32,071 bases of DNA, taken from an uncultured Anaerolineae bacterium. Lineage in GTDB: Bacteria; Chloroflexota; Anaerolineae; Anaerolineales; UBA11858. Where the stretch lies: the NCBI GenBank assembly GCA_937893815.1, contig CALCSH010000025.1, positions 1 through 32,071 on the forward strand, read 5' to 3'. Below, piece by piece: positions 8,003 to 16,075 of the stretch. Position 1 is the stretch's first letter; each line of letters begins with the position of its first letter. The position numbers and the translations under genes were made by a program. The notes beneath the pieces are model-generated. The model worked only from the letters and a program-made list of their open reading frames with translations. It was not told where the DNA came from and ran no database searches.

Positions 8003-9757
8003 CTAATTGCCAAGCGTCCAGAGCCAGCGTTGCATAGCTTCGCGGCGGCGATCCAGGTCTGTGGGCAGTTGGATTGGCCGCCCGCGGGCGTCAATCACAA
8101 TGCCGAGAGTGCCACCAACCACGTTGACGCGTCCTCCGCGACCGGGGCCGCCCATGCCCACGTCGAAGCGGTGCAGCGGCTGCAGGTGCAGTTGCGCATT
8201 CTGTCCCTGGGGCAGCGGGATGACCTCGATGCTGCCGAACTTGATTTCATGTTTGGTTTCTGTGCCATTTTCAAATGTAGCGCGTACGCGTAAGATGGGC
8301 GTGCCCTTGCGAGCGATGCCGACCGGAGCGATAACCGTGCCCAGGTTTAGGAAGGCATGCGATTCGAGCACCTGGACCGCCAACAGCGAGTTTGCCTCTG
8401 CCGCTGCGCCTAGAGAAGCGAGAAGGTCATTTTGGTCGATAACTATCGTTGTCACGCCTGCAGGTTGCAAGCCATCAAGCAGCATCAGCAAGCTCTGACC
8501 AGGTGTGGGGGCGTGGCTGATAACGCTGCCCGAGGCCAGAATGGGTTCTACCCACGGCAAAATATTTTGCCCGGCGCTTTTGAAGGCCGGTGGCAACGTC
8601 GACATCGTTTTTTGGGTTGTCAGGCGCAGCATTTGACGCGCTACGGCTTGTTCGATGAAAAGTTCTTCGCGCGTGGCAGGCAGGCTGGCCGGGTAAATCG
8701 ATTTGTTGTAGAGGTAGTTGCGCACATCATCGTTGGCTATATCTTCGGGTAGCCAACGAGAAATTTGCTCGATAGGCATATAATTCAATATCTGATGGAT
8801 AGCATCGCCCAGCCCAAGTTGAGGAAAAACTCTCAGTGTGAGTTCCCCTTTGAGTGCAGCCGCTACGGTGACAGCAGAAGCCCCAATATCAATCCCCAGC
8901 ACACCCTTCTTGGGGTCGTAAATATGGCTCAAAAAACGGATAATGCGCCCGAATGCGGTTGATGAGGGCAATATCCGACCCTCCGCCCACTGATCAAAAT
9001 CCATCACCCCGTACATCTCTTGGGAGCGGATGGTTTTAAAAATCTTGGTGAGTTGCGCTTGCGCTGGTGTGAGCTGCTCGACAGGAATGGATGGACGAAT
9101 ATTGGGCGCCATATGCAGATCGGTGATTGGCGCAATAGCGCTTTCCACCGCTTCTTGGATGGCGCTGTTGCCCGCGTATAAAACCTGCGGGCGTTGACTG
9201 CGCGGCAGCAGGTAGCAGGCCAGCCCAACAGCTTCAAGCAATTTATGTACCGATTGCTCCGCACCACCATCAATACCCCCGGCGACGATAATCAGATCAG
9301 GGCGAGCGCGTAAAATAGCATCAATACGTTCGTCTTGTTTGCGCCGATCGTTAATGCTGATGGTCTCGGTCACAGTAGCGTAGGTAGTAGATGCCAAATT
9401 TCGTGCGCTTTCCAGCGAGACATTTTCCAACAGCCCCACAGCAACCACGCGGATATTGGCGCCCGCAGAGAGAGTAACGACGAGTTTATCCAGGCCGGTG
9501 CCATCGGGTTGGCTTGGAATCAACAGACCGCCATCCGAACCGAGCAGGAGCCGGCCGGTGATTTCCTGCAGACGGTAGATTGCGCGGTTGACGCCTTCAC
9601 GCACATCGCTGAAGGGAGGTGATGCCGTAGTAGGCGCGGTGCCAGCTGCCATAAAACGATAGCGTGAGCCAACCACATCAAATAAAGCCGCTCGCGTCGT
9701 AACAGAGCCAATATCAATCGCCAAAATGGAGTCGGTAACAACAATTGAAGACATCAT
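8003..9757 (-). CDS. ASKHA (actin/Hsp70/sugar-kinase fold) ATPase, GlmL/MutL (glutamate mutase L)-like
   Basis: A phosphate-1-like motif ILAIDIGSVTTRAALFD lies near the N-terminus. LIIVAGGIDGGAEQS resembles the GlmL/MutL GGtDGG motif. A second DxG motif (VLGIDIGASAVTVAA) occurs mid-protein. I prefer the ATG at 9757 (second Met of the track ORF) because it forms an ATGA overlap with the upstream stop at 9754-9756. This gives 584 aa. Confidence 0.6.
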   Translation of the reverse strand: MMSSIVVTDSILAIDIGSVTTRAALFDVVGSRYRFMAAGTAPTTASPPFSDVREGVNRAIYRLQEITGRLLLGSDGGLLIPSQPDGTGLDKLVVTLSAGANIRVVAVGLLENVSLESARNLASTTYATVTETISINDRRKQDERIDAILRARPDLIIVAGGIDGGAEQSVHKLLEAVGLACYLLPRSQRPQVLYAGNSAIQEAVESAIAPITDLHMAPNIRPSIPVEQLTPAQAQLTKIFKTIRSQEMYGVMDFDQWAEGRILPSSTAFGRIIRFLSHIYDPKKGVLGIDIGASAVTVAAALKGELTLRVFPQLGLGDAIHQILNYMPIEQISRWLPEDIANDDVRNYLYNKSIYPASLPATREELFIEQAVARQMLRLTTQKTMSTLPPAFKSAGQNILPWVEPILASGSVISHAPTPGQSLLMLLDGLQPAGVTTIVIDQNDLLASLGAAAEANSLLAVQVLESHAFLNLGTVIAPVGIARKGTPILRVRATFENGTETKHEIKFGSIEVIPLPQGQNAQLHLQPLHRFDVGMGGPGRGGRVNVVGGTLGIVIDARGRPIQLPTDLDRRREAMQRWLWTLGN

Positions 9758-10425
9758 GCGGGGAAGATTAGTATTTTGATAAACTGCCACAAATACATAA
9801 AACGCTCGATCAACGCCGTTATGGCGGCGATATACACACCGGCAAATAAGGCACCAAAGGTGATCGCGATAAATGTTTTACCGCTCCAGCGCAACGCCCG
9901 GGTGAGGAGGCTGGCAGATTGATTTTGGGTTTCGTTTTTACGCGTGCTGAATTGAAAGTAGAGCAATGTACTCAGGGTTCCGACCAAAATCACCAGGGCA
10001 TTAATAAAAGTTTGGTTTTCAAACACGCTCATCGAAGCAACGGTCTGCGGGAATATGGTACCGAAAGTGGCACCACCAATTGCAACTGCGGCACCAATGC
10101 CCACCAAGATTGCGACCGCTGGGTTGCCCAACGGGCTCAGGCGTGGCGATATTTTCATCAACAGTAATACGCTGGGCACCAGGAAACTCACCGCCAGAAA
10201 GATCTCGCCCCGATTGCCATCCAGAAAGGGAAAAATCAGATGCGGCAAAATGATATTGTAGAGCGTCACAATTGTCGTGTAGCCCGCTGCTGTGCCGACA
10301 AAAATATGCGTCGCCAGACGGAAAAGAAAATTATCACCGATGATAAAACTTAACACGAAAATCGTGAGCGTAAATCCCAGTAACGCGCCGCTCAGGTCGG
10401 CCAAACTCATGGTTGCGATATTCAT
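9754..10425 (-). CDS. Polytopic membrane protein (about 6 TM), unknown family
   Basis: I prefer the start at ATG 10425 (MNIATMSLADL...), which forms an ATGA overlap with the upstream stop at 10422-10424. The 37-codon extension in the ORF track is Arg/Gly-rich and overlaps the upstream CDS. The product is about 223 aa and very hydrophobic. Confidence 0.65.
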   Translation of the reverse strand: MNIATMSLADLSGALLGFTLTIFVLSFIIGDNFLFRLATHIFVGTAAGYTTIVTLYNIILPHLIFPFLDGNRGEIFLAVSFLVPSVLLLMKISPRLSPLGNPAVAILVGIGAAVAIGGATFGTIFPQTVASMSVFENQTFINALVILVGTLSTLLYFQFSTRKNETQNQSASLLTRALRWSGKTFIAITFGALFAGVYIAAITALIERFMYLWQFIKILIFPA

Positions 10426-12719
10426 GTGGCCTCTCCAGGGGTTTTCTTGCGGGTGAAATGTGACATCAGGTTGGCCGCGACCCCGATTAGCAGTACGATT
10501 ACGGCGGCCATCAGTGCGTAGTTGAGCGTATCCCAATAGACGCGCGCCAGATTGGGTTTGCCGATCACCTGCTCGTAGGCAGCCCCACCGTTCAGGCCAC
10601 TGATCAGACCGCTGAGCTGGGCGTTAGGCCCACTGGCATAGGGATGTAGAATTGGCTCGGCTTGTGCGCTCACAACTGCTATCAATGGGGTATCTTGCAG
10701 GTATGGTTGCACTTGCTCTAGCCATGTACGAGCGGTATCCGGGTTGTCTGTAATGAGCAGCACCAGCTTGTAATCGGCCAGCGACTGAATCCCACTTAAT
10801 GCCGGTGTTTGCCAGGCTTCCATGCCATCGAAAGAGAGCGGAGTGATTCGACTGGGCATTTGAACAAAGCCCAATAGGCCGGAAGCTCCGCCGGGGATAT
10901 AACCTAAATTGGTGTACTGAATTCCGCTGGTATAGCCGTGTTCGCTTTGAATGGTGTGAATGAAATATTCTGCCAGTGCTGGCCCGGTGGGGGATGTAGA
11001 CACAAGACTCAGGTATGCGCCTTTGAGCATCAAATGATCGATAACGGCAGCCGAGGCGGCATTCATTTCGCCGGATGTGCCGGGTTCGAAGTCGAAGGAA
11101 ACCAGCACCGGATCTGTCGGGGCAAGTGCTTCGATCAAATCTGCCAGATGCAGCATTTCGGCTGGAATAGCTACGCCAGAAGGCGGGGGCACCGTTTGGC
11201 TTTCGCTCATCACACCCAATGCGACCACAAAAATCAATAGCAGAGCGCTTACCCAGCGCAATAAGTTTTGAGTAGAAATATGGATCGGCTCGCGAGTAAA
11301 TTTTGGTGTGCCCTCGTTGTTGAGTAAATCTGTAAAAATACGCACATGTTCTTGTTGCGCCGGAGTGATTTCCAGCTTTGATGTGAATGTTGGCGCTTTT
11401 TTCAGCCGGGCAATTTCTGGCTCGGCCATCAGAACCCCGCTCAACCCGGCCAGCGGTCCGGTTTGCTCGATGGGGCCGTGCTCTGTGGGGTGGTGCGCGG
11501 CGCTAGATTCCACCGGACGCATGGCTTGCAGCCAATCGGGTAAATCTGCCGGAGCTGCCAAATCGTCGGCGGGCGGTTCATCCGCGTCGTAACTATCGCT
11601 AAAAGCGTCGCTCAACGCGTCCAGGGCAAAAAGATCATTATCCGCGTTGCTCAACTCAGATTCCAGGGTGGGCGCTTCAAGTTCGAAGGATTCGGCAGAT
11701 GTTCCCGCTCCGAGCGTTTCCAGCCAATCGGGTTCGAACTCGTCGCTGGGGGTTAAATCGGCTCCAATTCCGACGGCGGATTTTGAATCGGATTCAAAAT
11801 CTGTAGGCCATTCTGGCATCAACGGGCTGGTATCGGGGAGAATGGTGGACAGTGCGGCGGCATGGTCGGGGTCATCCTGGCCCGACATCCAATCTGGTAG
11901 CCCGTCGTCGAATTTCTCGGCGGCGAATTCTTTGGACATCCAGTCGGGTAGGCCGTCACCAGCGGGTGCTGGCTGGCTTTCATCGGGGATGGATGCCGAT
12001 TCGGGTTGATCGTTGTCGGCGCTGAACATCCAATCGGGCAGGGCTTCCCCATCGCTCTCCAGCGCGGGGCTGGCGGATTCGACTGCCGGGGCAGCATGGG
12101 TCAACCAATCGGGGAGTTCGGGATCAGGCTCTGGGCTGGCGGCGGGTATCTCCGGTGTGGATTCTGCCTCTGGGGCGTTGTTGCTGTCGAAGTTCAGCAT
12201 CCAGTCGGGAAGTTCTTCGGATTCCGCTGCGGGAGGTGCTGCGGCTTGATTGCCGCTATCAAGCTTGGAGAGCCAATCGAGCATAGCGTCTTCGGCAGCA
12301 GGGTCAGGTTCTGGCGCGGCAGGCGGCTCTTTGGCTTCGGGAACGCTCATCCATTCGGGTAATTTGCCATCAAAGATCGAAGATTCATCTTCGGATTCGT
12401 CGGCGTCGTCTTCATCGTCGAAGCCGCGCATACGTCCAAGCCAGTCATCACCGGAATCATCAAAGGGAGCGGCATCTTCATCGTCAGGCGAATCCGCTTC
12501 CGGGCGGAGTCCGGCAAGCCAGTCTTCGGGTTCGGCATCCGCTGTGGAGGAAGGTTGATCTTCGAATTCGGATTTCATCCAATCGGGCAATCCGCTGTCC
12601 CCTCGATCAGCATCATCTCCGGAAACAAAGAATGGCGTCAGGCGCGCCTGACAGTATTGACATTTTTCAAGCTGATCGGGGTTGTTTTTGCCGCACATTG
12701 GGCAGCGAATTTCGCTCAT
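10422..12719 (-). CDS. Zinc-ribbon protein with a long acidic W-motif repeat region, two TM segments and an extracytoplasmic domain
   Basis: The 765-aa product starts with CPMC-x10-CQYC (residues 6-23). About 440 residues of D/E/P/A/S-rich sequence follow, containing 13 xP[DE]W[LM]-type motifs. Then come a TM segment (WVSALLLIFVVALGVM), an about 230-aa domain, and a C-terminal TM segment (ALMAAVIVLLIGVAANLM). Confidence 0.8.
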   Translation of the reverse strand: MSEIRCPMCGKNNPDQLEKCQYCQARLTPFFVSGDDADRGDSGLPDWMKSEFEDQPSSTADAEPEDWLAGLRPEADSPDDEDAAPFDDSGDDWLGRMRGFDDEDDADESEDESSIFDGKLPEWMSVPEAKEPPAAPEPDPAAEDAMLDWLSKLDSGNQAAAPPAAESEELPDWMLNFDSNNAPEAESTPEIPAASPEPDPELPDWLTHAAPAVESASPALESDGEALPDWMFSADNDQPESASIPDESQPAPAGDGLPDWMSKEFAAEKFDDGLPDWMSGQDDPDHAAALSTILPDTSPLMPEWPTDFESDSKSAVGIGADLTPSDEFEPDWLETLGAGTSAESFELEAPTLESELSNADNDLFALDALSDAFSDSYDADEPPADDLAAPADLPDWLQAMRPVESSAAHHPTEHGPIEQTGPLAGLSGVLMAEPEIARLKKAPTFTSKLEITPAQQEHVRIFTDLLNNEGTPKFTREPIHISTQNLLRWVSALLLIFVVALGVMSESQTVPPPSGVAIPAEMLHLADLIEALAPTDPVLVSFDFEPGTSGEMNAASAAVIDHLMLKGAYLSLVSTSPTGPALAEYFIHTIQSEHGYTSGIQYTNLGYIPGGASGLLGFVQMPSRITPLSFDGMEAWQTPALSGIQSLADYKLVLLITDNPDTARTWLEQVQPYLQDTPLIAVVSAQAEPILHPYASGPNAQLSGLISGLNGGAAYEQVIGKPNLARVYWDTLNYALMAAVIVLLIGVAANLMSHFTRKKTPGEAT
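11532..12590 (-). repeat. Coding array of 13 short Trp-centred acidic motifs (consensus LPDW[ML])
   Basis: The motifs in order are LPDWM, PEDWL, GDDWL, LPEWM, MLDWL, LPDWM, LPDWL, LPDWM, LPDWM, LPDWM, MPEWP, EPDWL and LPDWL. Every Trp before the first TM lies in one of them. The spacers vary in length and sequence, so this is not a nucleotide-level tandem repeat. Confidence 0.85.
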
Positions 12720-12722
12720 GAG

Positions 12723-13394
12723 CTACCCTCCGTAGGGCCGGTCACTGCCGGTGAGAATGCGAATGCCAGTGGCAATGGTGCCTAAAGCCACGCCGAGTAA
12801 AATGCCGCGTGCGCCAGCCAACGCAGGGACGCGTAAAATCCAATCACGGAATTCGGCGAGTAATGGCGCCTGAGCGGCAATTTGTGGAGCCGCGCCGATC
12901 AGTAGCAGCAAAACGACCCCCACGAACACAATTGAAAATAAATTCAGGCGACGCGAAAGCAGCCGCGCGGCGGCGTAGGTAAGGCTAATGGCCAATACCG
13001 CCATCAGGCTGGTTTCGATGGGCAATTGGATATAGTTGAAGATCCAGCGAATGCGCTGGAAGTTGAGTTCCTGGTGGAGATGGGTTTGTAAGATATCGTA
13101 GATGCCTACGCCGAGTGTGACGATCAGCGAGACAAGCAACACAAAGCTGTATCCGCCGCCCTCATTTTTACGGATTTTGTGCAAATGCACCCCGACCAGG
13201 TTAAAGACACCCACGATCAGCGCCACGGAGGCCCAAATGATAGCGCCTTGTAAAAAATAATTGCGCAAAAAGCCCAAGCTGGTGGTCTCCCCCCTGGCAT
13301 TGGTGCCGAAAATATAGCCCAATAGAACAACAAATCCCACACTGATAGCGATGGCTGTGGAAACTGGAGATTTAAATTTGAAATTAAATTTCAT
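12723..13394 (-). CDS. Polytopic membrane protein (about 6 TM), unknown family
   Basis: The 223-aa product is hydrophobic. Its ATG overlaps the upstream stop (ATGA at 13391-13394), and its stop lies 3 nt before the next ATG (12719). Confidence 0.7.
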   Translation of the reverse strand: MKFNFKFKSPVSTAIAISVGFVVLLGYIFGTNARGETTSLGFLRNYFLQGAIIWASVALIVGVFNLVGVHLHKIRKNEGGGYSFVLLVSLIVTLGVGIYDILQTHLHQELNFQRIRWIFNYIQLPIETSLMAVLAISLTYAAARLLSRRLNLFSIVFVGVVLLLLIGAAPQIAAQAPLLAEFRDWILRVPALAGARGILLGVALGTIATGIRILTGSDRPYGG

Positions 13395-14176
13395 GGGGCC
13401 AGCCCCCCGAGCAGATTGGTGACAAGTTGATCCAGGCCAAGAAATTTGAGGGCCGCCCCAGCAATGATGATAACCACAAGCAGCCAGCGAATCACGTCTT
13501 GGGCGCGCAGGCTGGCGATGTGCATTGGTCCCGCCTGGGTATAGGCTCCGCTGGCGTAAAGTTCTTCTCCGATGAGTGGTTCCTGGGCTGTGGCAAATAG
13601 AATTGCCTGGGCGGGTAGGTTATCGGTCCCAGCCAGGGTCAGATCGTTGTTGCGTTCGGCGGCATCGCTAATCAGGGCGACTTCACTGCCAAAATGTCCG
13701 AGAAGAATATGGGCGTTGGTTTTTTCGTTTTCGACGGTGGCAAGGGTTCCGACGGCGTATGAGAAAGGAGTCATTCCGGCGAGTTCGCCGCTAGTTGGCT
13801 GGTATTGCTCACTGATGCCGATATCGCGGTAGGTGGCGCGCAGAGTATCGCGCGACAGAATGGCGAGTGACGCGTCGCCGCTGGTGGCAATGGGTGGGTT
13901 ATCGCCTGAGGAGGCCGAGCGGGCAATGCTTTCCAGAACGCTTAATCCCACAAAGGCGGCAGCACTTTCTGGCCCGGAGAGTTTGCCGCGCCCAATGCTA
14001 ATATGCAGCCGCGAACCGGCTTCTACGGCCAGCCCGATGGCGCGGCTCAATTTTTGAAACGCGGAAATGGGGCGCAAATGGGTTTCGGAATTCTCACGAT
14101 GCGTGATTGTGAAGATGAGAATCAGTCCGAAAAAAGCGAGAATAAAAGCCAATCCTATAAGACCGGTAAAGGCCAC
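13391..14176 (-). CDS. Membrane protein with N- and C-terminal TM segments flanking an about 200-aa domain, unknown family
   Basis: The 261-aa product uses a GTG start with a GGAGGT SD 8 nt upstream. TM segments lie at both ends (GLIGLAFILAFFGLILIFTI and WLLVVIIIAGAALKFLGL). Confidence 0.7.
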   Translation of the reverse strand: MAFTGLIGLAFILAFFGLILIFTITHRENSETHLRPISAFQKLSRAIGLAVEAGSRLHISIGRGKLSGPESAAAFVGLSVLESIARSASSGDNPPIATSGDASLAILSRDTLRATYRDIGISEQYQPTSGELAGMTPFSYAVGTLATVENEKTNAHILLGHFGSEVALISDAAERNNDLTLAGTDNLPAQAILFATAQEPLIGEELYASGAYTQAGPMHIASLRAQDVIRWLLVVIIIAGAALKFLGLDQLVTNLLGGLAP

Positions 14177-14204
14177 GGGGCGTTACCTCCATATTACTGC
14201 GGAT

Positions 14205-14462
14205 TCAGGATGGTTTCGAGCGGTTTCGCAAATAAGCGCTGAATTCCCGCACTGATTCCGGGTCTTCGAGCATACCGGCGAGGGCGGTGCTGTGCTCCAG
14301 GGGGAAAAATTGTTTGATAGCAGGTTGGCCGAGATAAACAAGTTGTGCGCCTAGAAAATTTAGTGGCCCGGTCGCTTCTAAAAGGGTCGCGACCAAGTTG
14401 TCTAGCCCCCAGCGTTGGAGGGCCTCCGCCCAAGTTTGCCAGAAATTCTGGTTGCTATTCAC
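14205..14462 (-). CDS. Small soluble hypothetical protein (85 aa), first gene of the operon
   Basis: The composition is protein-like (FWQTWAEALQRWGLDNLVATLLEATGPLNFLGAQLVYLGQP). It starts at GTG with no SD and sits immediately downstream of an extended -10 box. Confidence 0.5.
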   Translation of the reverse strand: MNSNQNFWQTWAEALQRWGLDNLVATLLEATGPLNFLGAQLVYLGQPAIKQFFPLEHSTALAGMLEDPESVREFSAYLRNRSKPS

Positions 14463-14468
14463 GGGCTA

Positions 14469-14477
14469 AGTATAGCA
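14469..14477 (-). promoter_or_regulatory. Extended -10 box (TGCTATACT) 6 nt upstream of the GTG at 14462; candidate promoter of the 8-gene operon
   Basis: The minus strand reads TGCTATACT-TAGCCC-GTG. The -35 position falls inside the upstream terminator hairpin, which is compatible with an extended -10 promoter that does not need a -35. Confidence 0.3.
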
Positions 14478-14484
14478 TAAATCC

Positions 14485-14526
14485 AAAAAGGGATGCAGCG
14501 CGGGCAAGCCGCCAGCATCCCTTTTT
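14485..14526 (-). terminator. Intrinsic terminator downstream of the 74-aa gene
   Basis: AAAAAGGGATGC (14485-14496) pairs with GCATCCCTTTTT (14515-14526) around an 18-nt GC-rich loop. A U-tail is available on the minus-strand transcript. Confidence 0.65.
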
Positions 14527-14547
14527 CATTCAATTTCGAGCGAGAAG

Positions 14548-14772
14548 TTATTCGCTAAACGGGTCGTATGTGGGGTTGGTTCCAGCCCATAGGCAACTGG
14601 CGCGCCCGTCGAGGTTGCAGACTATGCCCTCGCTGCACCGATGAGCCACAATGCGCGGCGGTTGATCGGGCAGCCAGTCGGCCGGGTAAATGACTTCCGC
14701 TTCCAGCCCAACTTCTTTGCCGACATGGTGGCAATAACTGATCTTCTCCACTTCCCAGGTTTTTACCGACAT
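14548..14772 (-). CDS. Small Cys/His-containing hypothetical protein (74 aa)
   Basis: A strong SD (GGAGG) lies 7 nt upstream of the ATG, and the gene has its own terminator. There are four Cys (C14, C46, C52, C60), including the CHH run at residues 14-16. I did not recognise a family. Confidence 0.6.
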   Translation of the reverse strand: MSVKTWEVEKISYCHHVGKEVGLEAEVIYPADWLPDQPPRIVAHRCSEGIVCNLDGRASCLWAGTNPTYDPFSE

Positions 14773-15063
14773 GGCATGACCTCCAATAAAATTTTCGTTT
14801 TTTTTTACAGGCCTACATGCATAACTGACGGTTCCAGTATGCCAGAACCCTTTTTAGTATACCAGTGTCAGGCATCCTTGTGCAGATATGACAATATTCT
14901 GGATGAACTTTGTCGGAATCGCTGATTCATAAGCCCCCAGGGAGTTCGCTAATCACCTGGGTGAAATAATTGACGCAGGCTCGATATTTGCATATTCAAA
15001 GAATCAGGTCAAAAATCCCTGGGATCTTTGCCGCTAGTTTCTGGGCTTATTTTCCAACCCCGA

Positions 15064-15072
15064 TGGTAAAAT
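15064..15072 (+). promoter_or_regulatory. Extended -10 box (TGGTAAAAT) 7 nt upstream of the ATG at 15080; candidate leaderless promoter
   Basis: The sequence reads TGGTAAAAT-CCAGAGC-ATG with no convincing SD. Confidence 0.35.
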
Positions 15073-15079
15073 CCAGAGC

Positions 15080-16075
15080 ATGAAACGTTGGCAATTTTGG
15101 ATTGGCGTGCTGATCAGCATTTTCTTTTTGTATTTTGCCCTGCGCGGACTGCAACTTGGTGATATGTGGCAAACCCTGGCCGGGGCGAACTATATTTGGC
15201 TAATTCCCGGCGTGGCGGTGTATTTTATCGGCGTTTGGGTGCGCGCCTGGCGTTGGCATTATTTACTGCGCCCTATCAAAGCTGTGCCCACCCGCACCAT
15301 GTTTCCCATCGTAGCGATAGGCTATATGGGCAATAATATCTACCCGGCGCGCGCTGGAGAGCTATTGAGGGCTGTAGTACTCAAACGGCGCGAGGCCGTG
15401 CCCGTATCGGCTTCGTTGGCGACGATTATCGTCGAGCGCGTCTTCGATGGCGTGGTGATGCTGGCCTTCGTATTTTTGAATCTACCGGAACTGGCGCGCC
15501 TGACCGCCGATTCTGGCTTTGTGGGGGATATTCAGACTCTCGCCCTGTGGGGGGCGGCGGCTTTCCTGGGGGTATTACTTGCCTTCTTGCTGGCGGCCAT
15601 GTTCCCGACCATCACCGAGAAGGTGACGCGTTGGGTAGTGGATCATCTTGTTCCTCAGCGATTCCGCGAGAAAATATTGGATATTGCCCTGCGTTTCCTC
15701 GGCGGCCTGGAGTCGCTGCGCTCGCCGCGCGAAGCGCTGATGGTATTTCTTACCTCATTGGTCATCTGGCTTTTAGAGACCGGTAAATACTGGTTCGTGA
15801 TGCATGCCTTCAACTTCCAGGTCAGTTTCTTCGCCCTGATGTTGATGAATGGCATCGTCAACCTGGCGACCACCATCCCCTCCGCTCCGGGCTATGTAGG
15901 CACGTTTGATGCCCCCGGGATTGCTGTGCTCAAAGCTTTCAGCGTGCCGGGCGCCATCGCCGCAGGCTATACCCTGGTGTTGCACGCAGCGCTGTGGCTA
16001 CCCATCACTTTATTGGGCGGCTACTATCTGGCGCGCGAAGGCATCAAATGGAGCGATGATCTAACATTGGAGTAG
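15080..16075 (+). CDS. UPF0104 / lysylphosphatidylglycerol-synthase-TM-region (flippase-like) membrane protein
   Basis: The 331-aa product has about 8 TM segments. It carries the family-typical N-terminus (WQFWIGVLISIFFLYFALRG) and the motif YMGNNIYPARAGELLRAVVLKRR. Confidence 0.75.
   Translation: MKRWQFWIGVLISIFFLYFALRGLQLGDMWQTLAGANYIWLIPGVAVYFIGVWVRAWRWHYLLRPIKAVPTRTMFPIVAIGYMGNNIYPARAGELLRAVVLKRREAVPVSASLATIIVERVFDGVVMLAFVFLNLPELARLTADSGFVGDIQTLALWGAAAFLGVLLAFLLAAMFPTITEKVTRWVVDHLVPQRFREKILDIALRFLGGLESLRSPREALMVFLTSLVIWLLETGKYWFVMHAFNFQVSFFALMLMNGIVNLATTIPSAPGYVGTFDAPGIAVLKAFSVPGAIAAGYTLVLHAALWLPITLLGGYYLAREGIKWSDDLTLE

Noticed and set aside
10426-10536. 37-codon N-terminal extension of the 6-TM protein ORF, and likewise 9758-9790 for the ATPase ORF
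   Set aside because: Both extensions overlap the upstream CDS, while internal ATGs give ATGA stop/start overlaps consistent with the rest of the operon. The 10426-10536 extension is Arg/Gly-rich.
11647-12558. Several plus-strand ORFs encoding Ser/Gly/Ala-rich peptides (11647-12009, 12013-12249, 12250-12558)
   Set aside because: They are mirror images of the Asp/Glu/Pro-rich repeat region on the minus strand. The minus-strand frame is continuous for 765 codons with a Zn ribbon, TM segments and translational coupling.
14641-14925. 94-aa plus-strand ORF overlapping the 74-aa gene
   Set aside because: It is antisense to a gene with a strong SD and terminator. It has no initiation signals of its own.
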